NCBI GenBank assembly: GCA_037444125.1 | Contig: JBBINA010000001.1 | Location: 13,961 to 77,960, forward strand | Direction: 5' to 3' | DNA from: a bacterium | Lineage (GTDB): Bacteria; Patescibacteriota; Minisyncoccia; JBBINA01 | Length of the DNA: 64,000 nucleotides | Part shown: positions 10,878 through 20,724 of the stretch, piece by piece | How positions within the stretch are numbered: the first letter of the stretch is position 1 | How the letters are laid out: the number at the start of each line of letters is the position of its first letter | Translations under genes and position numbers: made by a program | The notes under the pieces: generated by a model | The model's database searches: none | Seen by the model: only the letters and a program-made list of their open reading frames with translations | What the model was told of the DNA's origin: nothing

Positions 10878-11789
10878 TTGACAAATAATAAAAATTTCTT
10901 ATTATTTGATTGGCAATTAGCTAGTTCTTTTATAAGAGAGGTGGCGTCAGTGTCGAGAATTAATCTAATTAATCCGCAAGAGTACGATTTTGTCGTGTCG
11001 CGATTAAGGGATTTTTTTAGGCGAAAGAATTTCGTTGAGGTGCCAGTTCAGCATCGTTTAAGCATTTTGGCGGCCTGTGAAGATCCAAGAACTATAGCTA
11101 CTTTTAATTACGCTGGCGCTTTATGGCCATTGCCGCAAACTGGTCAGATGTGGCTTGAATATGAGTTGCTTACAAAACCTGAGGCACGTGGTTATTATTG
11201 TATAAGTACAAGTTTTCGTAACGAGCCGGATCCAATTCCCGGTAGACATGATCTTGTTTTCCCGATGTTTGAATTTGAAACGCATGGCGATATGGAGAAA
11301 TTGATTGCTTTAGAAATAGAGCTTTTGGAGTTTTTAGGATTTGGCAATAAAGGAGATTTTGTTATAAAGGAGTATCAAGAAATTGCTCAAAGATATGGAG
11401 TTGAAGAGCTTGACTCTTCCCATGAAGAGAGGTTATTGGAAGATTTTGGGGCAGTTGTTTTTATAAAGAATTTTCCCGAAATTACTTCGCCCTTTTGGAA
11501 TATGAAAAGAAACAAAAACGGTTCATCTTGTAAAGTTGATGTGGTTCTTTATGGTATCGAGACAATTGGTTCAGCCGAAAGAAGCTGTGATGTTACGGTT
11601 ATGCACGAAAGATTTCATAATATTAGCAATGGAATATACGCGGAACTTCTTTTTGCGCAGTTTACGAGAGAAAGGGTTTTGGAAGAGTTAGAAAATTTTC
11701 TCAGGTTAAAATTTATTACTCGATCTGGCGGTGGAATAGGTATAACACGTTTAATCAGAGCTCTAAAACTTCACGGCATATTAAAATAA
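10878..11789 (+). CDS. class II aminoacyl-tRNA synthetase catalytic-domain paralog without anticodon-binding domain (EpmA/PoxA-like or AsnA-like ligase)
   Basis: motif 1 FFRRKNFVEVPVQ, motif 2 SFRNEPDPIPGRHDLVFPMFEFE, motif 3 GGGIGITRLIRAL; only 303 aa; start codon uncertain (TTG 10878 or GTG about 10938). Confidence 0.7.
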   Translation: MTNNKNFLLFDWQLASSFIREVASVSRINLINPQEYDFVVSRLRDFFRRKNFVEVPVQHRLSILAACEDPRTIATFNYAGALWPLPQTGQMWLEYELLTKPEARGYYCISTSFRNEPDPIPGRHDLVFPMFEFETHGDMEKLIALEIELLEFLGFGNKGDFVIKEYQEIAQRYGVEELDSSHEERLLEDFGAVVFIKNFPEITSPFWNMKRNKNGSSCKVDVVLYGIETIGSAERSCDVTVMHERFHNISNGIYAELLFAQFTRERVLEELENFLRLKFITRSGGGIGITRLIRALKLHGILK

Positions 11790-11796
11790 TGTTGGG

Positions 11797-11825
11797 GAGG
11801 CTAGGCTATGCCTAGCCTTTTTTGT
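11797..11825 (+). terminator. rho-independent terminator (GGCTAGGC-TAT-GCCTAGCC + T6)
   Basis: perfect 8-bp stem, T-tract. Confidence 0.7.
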
Positions 11826-11903
11826 CTTCGAAAATTTTTATTTTTAGGATGGTTTGCTAAAAAAGTTTATTTTTGTTATGATTTTTAGTATTATTAATTT
11901 ACT

Positions 11904-13358
11904 ATGAAGAAAAGGCTTTTTATTTCAACGGCAATTCCTTATGTTAATGCAGCGCCGCATATTGGTTTTGCTTTGGAGATCGTGCAGACAGATGTATTAG
12001 CGCGCTATTATAGAAAAAGAAATTATGAGGTCTTTTTTTTAACAGGCACTGATGAAAATAGTTTGACAAATGTTCGTGCAGCCGAAAAAGAGAAAATAAG
12101 TGTTAAAGAACTAGTTGATCGCAATGCAAAAAAATTTTTGGAACTTAAGGAATTTCTTAATCTTTCATTTGATGATTTTATTAGGACTACCGAAAGTCGG
12201 CATATTAAAGGCGCTCAAAAACTTTGGTTGGCTTGCAAGAAAGATATTTATAAAAAGAAATATCGAGGTTTATATTGTATTGGTTGTGAAAGTTTTTATA
12301 GTGAACGCGAATTGATAGAAGGTTTATGTCCTGAACACAAAATTAAACCAGAAATCATTGAAGAAGAAAATTATTTCTTTAAATTAGCTAACTATGAAGT
12401 TCAGCTTAAGAAGATAATTGAATCAGACGAACTTAAAATTATTCCTCAAATCAGAAAAAATGAGGTTTTGAGTTTTATTAATTCCGGTTTGCAAGATTTT
12501 TGTATTTCTCGTTCTAAAACCCGCGCTAAAAACTGGGGTATTGAAGTGCCGGGCGACTCAGGGCAAGTTATATGGGTTTGGTTTGATGCCTTGAGTAATT
12601 ACATTAATGCACTTGGTTATGCTGACGACGAGACGAAATTTAATAAATGGTGGCAGGATAATTCTAAAAAGATTCATATGATTGGTAAAGGCATTGTTCG
12701 ATTTCATGCCATTTATTGGGCGGCTATGCTTTTATCAGCTAAACTTTCATTACCATCAACGATTTTTGTTCATGGTTATGTGACTCGTGAGGGTTTAAAA
12801 ATGTCAAAAACCATCGGCAATATAGTTGATCCTTTTGAATTAGCCAGAAAATTCAGTTCGGACCCGCTTCGTTATTATCTTTTGCGTGAAATTCCAGCTT
12901 ATCAGGATGGAGATTATTCAGAGAGAAGGTTCCGCGAAATATATAAATCAGAATTACAAAATGCGTTGGGCAATCTTGTTCAGAGAGTAAGTGTTTTGGC
13001 AATTAAAAATAATGTTAAGAAATTAAATAATGTCAGCGTACGTTTTTTGATGAAACAAAAAGAAGTGGCTAGCCGTATTCAAGAGTTACTTGAAGAGATA
13101 AAATTTAACGAAGCTGTTCAAGAAATATTAAGACTAGTTGAAATAGCAAATTTTTATATTGAACAAGAAAAACCATGGTCAAAAAATAAAAAAACTAATC
13201 AAGTAATTTTGAGCAATTTGCTGTTTTTAATTAACGAAATAAACGATCAATTAAGTGTCTTTTTGCCTGAGACTTATAAAAGAATTAGGGAGCGCATTTT
13301 TGTTAAAAATAAAAGAGTGATAGTTACAGTTAAAGAACCGTTGTTTAGGGCAATATAA
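11904..13358 (+). CDS. metG: methionine--tRNA ligase (short form)
   Basis: HIGFALE (HIGH-like), KMSKT, Zn-knuckle CIGCESF...CPEH. Confidence 0.93.
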   Translation: MKKRLFISTAIPYVNAAPHIGFALEIVQTDVLARYYRKRNYEVFFLTGTDENSLTNVRAAEKEKISVKELVDRNAKKFLELKEFLNLSFDDFIRTTESRHIKGAQKLWLACKKDIYKKKYRGLYCIGCESFYSERELIEGLCPEHKIKPEIIEEENYFFKLANYEVQLKKIIESDELKIIPQIRKNEVLSFINSGLQDFCISRSKTRAKNWGIEVPGDSGQVIWVWFDALSNYINALGYADDETKFNKWWQDNSKKIHMIGKGIVRFHAIYWAAMLLSAKLSLPSTIFVHGYVTREGLKMSKTIGNIVDPFELARKFSSDPLRYYLLREIPAYQDGDYSERRFREIYKSELQNALGNLVQRVSVLAIKNNVKKLNNVSVRFLMKQKEVASRIQELLEEIKFNEAVQEILRLVEIANFYIEQEKPWSKNKKTNQVILSNLLFLINEINDQLSVFLPETYKRIRERIFVKNKRVIVTVKEPLFRAI

Positions 13359-13396
13359 AAAGCCTCATAACTATAACTAATTTTATGAAGCTGCAG

Positions 13397-13751
13397 TCAC
13401 TGTTTGTTTGGTTTTTGTGCTAGCTTTAGGATAAGACATTTGATTGTTTTGGGTTTGGTACCGATTGGCCAGAAAAATTGAGCTACATCGGTATGTTTTA
13501 TTTTTGATTTATGCCAACATTTAAATGAAATAGTTACGCCAAAACTAAACTTTATTTTACCGTCGGTTAGTCTTGCTATGACAGTAATGTCTTTAACATT
13601 TTGATCTTCGTGAGAATTTGCTGCATGGCGGATAAATTTCGTTAGATTTTTTTCATTTGGATCAAATTTTTTCAACGCTATCTTCAAGGAATTGACATGC
13701 GTTTCGTGCGTCTAATGGAGAATTCGTTGGGCTTGCGTTTGTTTTTACCAT
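13397..13751 (-). CDS. hypothetical protein interrupted by a frameshift in a homopolymer run
   Basis: 96-aa ORF 13397..13687 plus upstream 29-codon ORF (MVKTNASPTNSPLDARNACQFLEDSVEKI) fuse if the A6/T6 run at 13667-13672 is one nt shorter. Confidence 0.35.
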
Positions 13752-13789
13752 ATTTATTATTTATGTATGCCTCCTTTAGAGCGGAAGTT

Positions 13790-14275
13790 CTAATTGAATT
13801 TCATCTTTAATGGGTATACCGTGATAGCCAATATGGGGAATTTGGGGCTTGAGTTTGCGCGATTCTTTTATGGCATCGGGGTATATTTGTGTTATTCTGA
13901 AGCCGCGTTTTGAAAGAATTGCAAGGCATTTAGATTATCATTAGTGGTTATTAGCCATATTTTGTCTAATTTTCTTTGACGGGCCATTTCGATGATTTTT
14001 TCCAAAACAATACTGCCAAATCCGATATTTTGGATATCACTATTGAGCGTAACTATTTCACAATGTTTATTTTTATTTGGTATGTTAGTACGGCGAGAAC
14101 CTGTTTTGTAAGAGCTTCGAATAATATTAAATTAGGAATTTCTAAAGCGTTAATTATTTTTTTGGCGCCTAACTATTAGAGACGTTTCTCAGTGTTTGGA
14201 AATAAATTTAGCTAATCATTCAGAGTCACCAGCAACTTTGTGGTGGATTAGAACATATTGCGATTTCATATTTCA
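13790..14275 (-). pseudogene. GNAT family N-acetyltransferase, heavily decayed
   Basis: minus-strand fragments ...NIGFGSIVLEKIIEMARQRKLDKIWLITTNDNLNALQFFQNA... and GFRITQIY... resemble GNAT motifs A/B but are split by stops and frameshifts. Confidence 0.4.
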
Positions 14276-14532
14276 CCCCTTATGTTATTATTATAGTGTG
14301 CGGTTATTTTTAAAAATCAAGTTTCACAAATAAAAAATAAAGGAGTTGTAAATTAAATTTAGACATTTACAATAAATTTAAATGATAAATATTGGAAAAT
14401 TTTACCAGAGATTTTTGGGGGCATTTTTTGCATTGGTATTGATATATCTGCCTTTAAAAAAATATTAATCATCAGTGCAAATTTAAATGAACACTCTGCC
14501 GAAGCGGCTGTTGTTACTCAAAGAACGGGGTA

Positions 14533-15948
14533 TTGCTTATGATATTTTTTGATGCTCGTTTAAATCAGCTTAGTTCAAGTATCTTGGGTACCAGTGCGCC
14601 TAGATATGACGGTATTATTTTAACGGAAGGCAATTTGGCTTATGAAGAGAACGGGCAGTTTAAGAGCGTCTTTGATGATAATGAATGGAATATTTTGTAT
14701 ACATTTGAAAACCAGTTTAGAATTAGGGAGCTAGTTATGTATACTTTTCCTACTAGTCGTTATGGCTTGGAGTTTGTTGAGACAAGGCCGGCAGGTATAT
14801 TAGCTCGACTTACGACTTCTGGTAAAGGAATATTGCCCTATGTTCCTGTAGCGGCTTCTTTAGCGATTGAAACTTATGGTTATTTAGCGAGACCTCTTGC
14901 TGGTAATACGCCATTAATAACCGATACTGACGGCCGAATAGCTGTTTCATTATATACAAACGGCAACAGAGAATTTTTAGTTTCTACTTTTGATAACAGC
15001 GTTAATCATCTTCACACTTTATTGTTTATTGACTGATTTTTAAACTGGTTGTTGAAAGGTGATTACTCCATACCTTCAGAGAATTATTTGACTGTTCATA
15101 TAGATGATATATTTATTCCTAACTCAAGTTATTCAGATCCTTCTAGAGATGTTATAATGACAAAAGAAGATTTTATTTATTTTGCCAATTGGGCTCGAGT
15201 GCGGAATTTTAGGCCAAGCCTTTTATTCAATGGTTATGGAGAAAACACGATAGAAGGAAAGACGCTTATTGATACGGTGATGAGTAGTGGAATAGCCTTC
15301 CTTTTTGAATGGATTAATCACACTTACGAACATATTAATTTAGATAATGCTTCGTTTGAGATAATTTATAATGAAATCTATAGAAATTTATCTTTCGCCT
15401 CACGTTACAAATTAACAGGTTTTGACCGTTTTGTTTTAGTCACGGGTGAACATTCGGGATTGAACAATCCTCAGCTTATTGCTGCGGCGCGGAGATTCCG
15501 CATTATAAATATAGGAGATGACGCCTCGGTGAATTTATCATCAAGATCTCTTTAGGGCATAATAACTGTACCGCGTTACCCAACAAATATTTTTGCGACT
15601 ACAGGCACGAGGCATGAGCTAGTAACTGCTTATAATACAATATATGGCACTAATTTAACTTATCCTGAAATACTTGACCGAGAGGCAAGGATTATTATAC
15701 GCCATATTTTACGGAGAGATCCGCGACCTCACTTTTTTCATCAAATCAATTTAGCACAAGATAGAATTATGATTGATTTATTAAACCTGGTTATTGAGAA
15801 GTACTCGTCATTAGATTCAAGACCATTAAAGCAATTGCGGATGAGGGAAATAGGTAAGTTATTTGGCCAAGTTACAATTTTACCTCCTTTAGTTGTAAAC
15901 AAATTGATTGGTATAACAAGGCATTTTGATGCTGATATAATGAAATAA
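14533..15948 (+). pseudogene. single ~470-codon reading frame interrupted by in-frame TGA (15034-15036) and TAG (15553-15555); possible polysaccharide deacetylase-like protein
   Basis: three consecutive open stretches in the same frame; 131 stop-free codons after the TAG; HIDD and HTYEH resemble CE4 motifs only weakly. Confidence 0.55.
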
Positions 15949-15974
15949 ATAAAAGCCTCCTAAGTTATATTGGT

Positions 15975-17452
15975 ATGTCAAAAACTATTTCAATTATAAC
16001 GGAGGGGACTTTTCCTTATGTAACTGGAGGGTTAGGGAGATGGTGTAGTGATCTTGTTTCAGGACTGGTTAATTTTAAATTCAATATTTATGCTTTTACA
16101 GCTACGCGTTATCACGTTTTTCAGTATCCTATAACTAACAATATTGAGGAAATTGTAACTGTTCCCTTGTGGGACGATAATCGTTTTCAGCATTTTTATT
16201 ACAGGAGAAAAATTAAAAAAAAAGACTTCCAGGGAAATTAATTCCCAAAGAAAGTCATATGAAGGAGAGTTTAATTGATCCCCTTTTTAGTCTTATTGGT
16301 CCTCCATATACAACTGAAATAGATATTGATTTTTTTAGAGATATATTAGTTAAACTTCGTGATTTTTTTGATAGCTATGATTATTTTGCGAGTTTTAGTT
16401 CAGGAGTATTATAGGAAGCAGCGCAAGAATTTCTCAATAGTGATGCCTTGATAGATGTTGTTTCTTGTAAGCCAAGCCTTTTTGATTTAAGGCAATTTTT
16501 GGTTATATTGAGCCTTTTTTTATATCCACTTTCTTTTGAGACGGAGTTTAAAACCGATATTTTTCACTCGAGCGTAGCTAGCTCTTTTGGTTTGTTAGGT
16601 GTTATCAACAAGATTATTTATGGAAAACCATTTGTTTTATCCGAACATGGTGTCTATCTTCGTGAGCAATATTATTTTATTAAGCAATCTCGAGTTTTAA
16701 CAAAATTTTTAAAAAAATTTTTACGCTTACTTATATACCGTTTTGTAATTTTGAATTACAATTTTGCTGATAAAATTATTCCGGTGTGTCTCTTTAATAA
16801 ACGTTGGGAACAATATTTGGGAGCAAAAGATGATAAATTGCAGGTTATCTATAATGGTATAAACGATAGCAGTGAGTTTGAATTTTTAAAACAAGAGTAT
16901 GTTAAAGAAAAAACAAGCTTTAATGATATTATATTAGTTGGCGCTTTTTATCCTTTTAAAGACATTGAAACAGCTATTAGGGCCGTAGCTATTGTTAAAA
17001 AACAGGTTCCTAATATTCGTCTCTATATTTTCGGACCAATAAAAGATAAAGACTATTTTTCTTATTGTTTAAGATTAATTAAAAATTTAAGTCTTAAAAA
17101 TAATGTTATTTACCGTGGAGTAGTGAAAGACCTACAAAATTATTTCAAGGTAGGAGGCGTTTTTTTGTCGACAAGCGTTTCAGAAGGCTTTCCTTACTCG
17201 ATTCTGGAAGCTATGTTGTATAAACAGGCAATTGTAAGCACATCTGCAGGTGGTATCCCCGAATTATTAGGTGACTGCGGTCTTTATGTTGAAATGAAAA
17301 ATCCAAACTCTGTCGCCAAAGCATGTCTTAAGCTATTACATAATCAAAGTCTTCGTATTGAATTAGGTTGGCGTGCCCACCAAAGGGCTGTAGAGCGGTT
17401 TTCTTTAAGTAGAATGCTTAAATCTTATGAGTATTTGTATAATTCGCTATGA
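15975..17452 (+). pseudogene. GT4 family glycosyltransferase (PelF-like) disrupted by an A9 frameshift and an in-frame TAG
   Basis: N-term GTFPYVTGGLGRW and C-term GFPYSILEAMLYKQAIVSTSAGGIPELLGD are GT4-like; frames join inside A9 run 16215-16223; in-frame TAG at 16412-16414. Confidence 0.7.
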
Positions 17453-18906
17453 GAAAGATTTTAAATTTTAACAATATAAAGTTATCCGAGAAAAAACTTA
17501 TTGCTCCATATATATTAGACACGGCAGTTAATCTTGAGTTTGCAGGTTACAATGATCAGCAGATAAAAAAGGAATTCGGGTTTTCCAATGTTTTTGAATT
17601 AAGCTATTTTATTCATCAGTATAGGCTTTGCCCTAAACCTTTTTTGGTAAAATCGAATAAATGGCAAGATAAGTTTTTAGCTAGTGATTCGATTAGGTTA
17701 AAAATATTTGAGTGGTTTTATTTTGGTCTAGCTAATTCTTTACTAGCCTTGGTTATTTTTTTTACTCTTTGGTTTACTGAATCAGGACATATTTTAAAAC
17801 CGATTGAAGGTTTAATAATTGTATTGTTGAGTCACATTTTTGCTTCTAGTTGGGCGAGAATACTGATTGTTAAGTTTTCATTTTATAACGATAGACCAAT
17901 AGCTGGTTATGGCGAGAAGACAATTAATCAGTATTATCTTAGGGGCCTATTTGGGATTATAACGGCAGGCATTATTTTGTTTTTTTTGTTTAGCAGAGAT
18001 AATATTTTTACCCTCGTTTTTATAGACATATCTTTATTTTGGCTTAATATAGGATATTTTGTTGCGTTTCGTCAGTTACCAATTTATTTAATAACCTTAG
18101 GTAGTATCTTGTTTCTTGGCAGTATCTATGATCCTTTTGTGCTATTTGGTGTTTTTAATGGCGTTATGATTTTTTATATTTGGCTCAAATATTTAATTAA
18201 CTTGGCGCGTGAACCATTTTCAGTTTATTCCAATTCATTTAGTAATAATTCATTGAATTTATTTTCTTTATTTTTTTTTGCTATTAATTATGGTTTCTTG
18301 CTGTTGATTGATGTCATTGTTTTGTTTTTCTATGGCCAGTTTGATACATATGATATTTTTATTCATCAGTATCTTGCCCATAAGTATTTTGGTATATTTC
18401 CTTTACTTTTGTCGGCGGGTCTTATTGAGGCATTTGGTGTTTATTTTTTTAGCAAGATTATTCGTTTGGAGCGAGTCATAAAAGAAAGCACAGTTATGTT
18501 CAATGAAATAATAAAAAACTATATCCAGACTATTAGCATTTTTTCAATGCTGCACTTTGGTGTAACGATATTAGTATCCTTCATTATTCCATTAAGCAAT
18601 GGTTATTTTAAAGAAGTTTATATTAGTTCAACTATTGGTGTTATGTTTTTGCTTTTGAGTTTGTTTAATTTGAACATTCTTCATTATTTGGGATGGCGTA
18701 AAGATTTGTGGTTTGGTATAGTTAGTTTATTTGTGGGATATGTTTATGGCAGTTTAATGTTTTATAATGTTGCCGCATACGCTGTTGTTTATGGTTTTTT
18801 GATGGCCGGGATTGTCTTTTTTGTCACAACAATGGCTTTGTTGTTGAAAAAAGCTTTACGGTATAGCTACTTAGTTTATTTAACTTCTGTATTGCCAAAG
18901 TTATAA
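17449..18906 (+). CDS. polytopic membrane protein (about 12 TM; candidate polysaccharide exporter/polymerase, PelG-like by architecture only)
   Basis: 485 aa, ~70-aa soluble N-term then multiple TM helices; ATGA overlap with upstream GT4, TAATG overlap with downstream gene. Confidence 0.55.
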   Translation: MRKILNFNNIKLSEKKLIAPYILDTAVNLEFAGYNDQQIKKEFGFSNVFELSYFIHQYRLCPKPFLVKSNKWQDKFLASDSIRLKIFEWFYFGLANSLLALVIFFTLWFTESGHILKPIEGLIIVLLSHIFASSWARILIVKFSFYNDRPIAGYGEKTINQYYLRGLFGIITAGIILFFLFSRDNIFTLVFIDISLFWLNIGYFVAFRQLPIYLITLGSILFLGSIYDPFVLFGVFNGVMIFYIWLKYLINLAREPFSVYSNSFSNNSLNLFSLFFFAINYGFLLLIDVIVLFFYGQFDTYDIFIHQYLAHKYFGIFPLLLSAGLIEAFGVYFFSKIIRLERVIKESTVMFNEIIKNYIQTISIFSMLHFGVTILVSFIIPLSNGYFKEVYISSTIGVMFLLLSLFNLNILHYLGWRKDLWFGIVSLFVGYVYGSLMFYNVAAYAVVYGFLMAGIVFFVTTMALLLKKALRYSYLVYLTSVLPKL

Positions 18907-20111
18907 TGAGGGCTTTTTTATTTATATTAATGATAGTAATGATATTGGTTGGTGTAGCGGTTGGTGATGCTTTTTTAAGTGCAGCGGCTATTTTTGAAAG
19001 GCCGATTCTTCGAGGGCCAAGCAACGGCAAATTAATAAACGAAACTCCTATTATATTTACCTGGTCTAAAATTAAAAACGAGCCTAGATACCAAATTGAT
19101 ATTTCTCTTTCAGCCGATTTTAATAAGATAATAATTACAGAAACAGTTATTGGAAATACTTATACGCTTAGGTTTTTAGATAATGATGGTATATATTATT
19201 GGCGAGTTAAATTAGCAGGGTTAATGTTTTTTTTAGCTCCATGGTCAGAAGTTTATAAATTTACTTATAAAAAAAAATTAAAAGATCAGGTTTTAACTGA
19301 ATTAAGCCAGTCTGAATTTAAACAGCCAATTTTTCGGTTTAGAAACTGGGTATCTTATTATGGCAGCAATAAAATCGAGGAATTAAAAAAGTTCGAGCTT
19401 GTTGTTATTGATGCAGATAAAGATATAGGAAATTATACTGACGAGGAGTTGCGTCAACTCAGAGATTCTGGGTCATTAGTAGTGAGTTATTTAAATATTG
19501 GTTCATGTGAAACCTTTCGTACTTATTGGTATTTGTGTCAAAAGTTTAAACTTAAGCCATATAAAGGGTATTCAGATGAATATTGGATGGATGTGACTAA
19601 TATTGACTATCAAAATTTTATAGTCAATATTTTAGCTAAAAACCTTGTTTCGCAGGGCATAAACGGTTTGTATTTGGATAACATTGATATATATCAGGAA
19701 AGTTTTAACGGAAGGACAATAGCAGAAATCAAGGCAGGATTAGCTAATATTATTGTTGCCTTAAGGAGAACATATCCTGATTTGCTTCTTATTGCTCAAA
19801 ACGGCGTCTACGCTTCTTATGATGATATTTTATATTTTAGTTCAACAATTACTGATTCAAAACCACTTTATACTTTTATTGATGGTGAGTCTCACGAGGA
19901 AGTTTTTACTAATACTAGCGAAACTCAGTCTATAGTAAGTATGCTACAAGATCTTAAGAGCAAAGGTTTGTTTATTTTAAACCTTGAGTATTTGGAAGAC
20001 CTTCAAGATATTGATAGAATAAGAGATATTTATAACCGCTCTATCCAAAACGGGTTTTTGCCATATATTTCAGATGTAAAGCTTGACAAAATTTACCTTT
20101 GGAATTTTTAA
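18906..20111 (+). CDS. secreted GH114-like glycoside hydrolase (endo-alpha-1,4-polygalactosaminidase / PelA-hydrolase / TM1410 family) with N-terminal Ig/FN3-like domain
   Basis: signal/TM N-term; motifs VVSYLNIGSCETFRTYWY and GLYLDNIDIY typical of the GH114 TIM barrel. Confidence 0.65.
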   Translation: MRAFLFILMIVMILVGVAVGDAFLSAAAIFERPILRGPSNGKLINETPIIFTWSKIKNEPRYQIDISLSADFNKIIITETVIGNTYTLRFLDNDGIYYWRVKLAGLMFFLAPWSEVYKFTYKKKLKDQVLTELSQSEFKQPIFRFRNWVSYYGSNKIEELKKFELVVIDADKDIGNYTDEELRQLRDSGSLVVSYLNIGSCETFRTYWYLCQKFKLKPYKGYSDEYWMDVTNIDYQNFIVNILAKNLVSQGINGLYLDNIDIYQESFNGRTIAEIKAGLANIIVALRRTYPDLLLIAQNGVYASYDDILYFSSTITDSKPLYTFIDGESHEEVFTNTSETQSIVSMLQDLKSKGLFILNLEYLEDLQDIDRIRDIYNRSIQNGFLPYISDVKLDKIYLWNF

Positions 20112-20138
20112 GCTACCTTTTGCAATATTTAAATAATA

Positions 20139-20172
20139 AAAAGGAGGTAGATCGTCGCCTCCTTATTTTAAT
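20139..20172 (+). terminator. rho-independent terminator (AAGGAGG-N10-CCTCCTT + ATTTTAA)
   Basis: 7-bp stem 28 nt after the GH114 stop. Confidence 0.55.
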
Positions 20173-20262
20173 GTCATTAACTGTTTTTATTGAATTTATT
20201 AAATAGTAATAACTGCAAATAGTTGAAAACAACAGCAAGTAAGGAAACAACCACTAGTGCCA

Positions 20263-20517
20263 TTAGAGCATGAGTTTGAGCATTATTAAGAGGAGTAGTA
20301 TTGGAATAATTAATAGTTTAGCTAGTATCAAGCCGCGAGTGACACCAAATCGCTTCATAAATATTTTGGCTATTGGATTGCTTTTGTACTCAATATTACC
20401 AGTTTTCCTAAAGAATAAAATGGTGCTGTGAAAATCAAGAACATTCAATATAAGATAATAAATGATTAAAAGCAGTTGGGGCGAAATTCCCCTGGCGTCG
20501 CCAACTAGTATAGACAA
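20263..20517 (-). CDS. hypothetical small membrane protein
   Basis: 84 aa, two hydrophobic helices; isolated on minus strand in an intergenic gap. Confidence 0.3.
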   Translation of the reverse strand: MSILVGDARGISPQLLLIIYYLILNVLDFHSTILFFRKTGNIEYKSNPIAKIFMKRFGVTRGLILAKLLIIPILLLLIMLKLML

Positions 20518-20724
20518 GGTCGTGAAGACTATTATGAAACTATTATGGTAGCGTCGACCATAATAATAATAATAACGACTTTCTTATATTTGATCACCCC
20601 TTTTTATTTTCTAGAGACAGCGCTTCTGATTGATATTATAAATAAAGTATTTGTCAATAACCAAGTAACTTGCAATAATTTTTAGAAGCTATAAAATAAC
20701 AGATAAAATAAAATATCTTTTTAT

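Noticed and set aside
14533-15948. Alternative genetic code (TGA or TAG reassignment) to explain the in-frame stops
   Set aside because: TGA, TAG and TAA each terminate clearly complete conserved genes elsewhere in the window (dnaK ends TGA, grpE TAA, dnaX TAG); the in-frame stops are local
20561-20575. (TAA)5 microsatellite and ATGGT-N7-ACCAT palindrome
   Set aside because: Short, expected by chance in AT-rich intergenic DNA; no functional context
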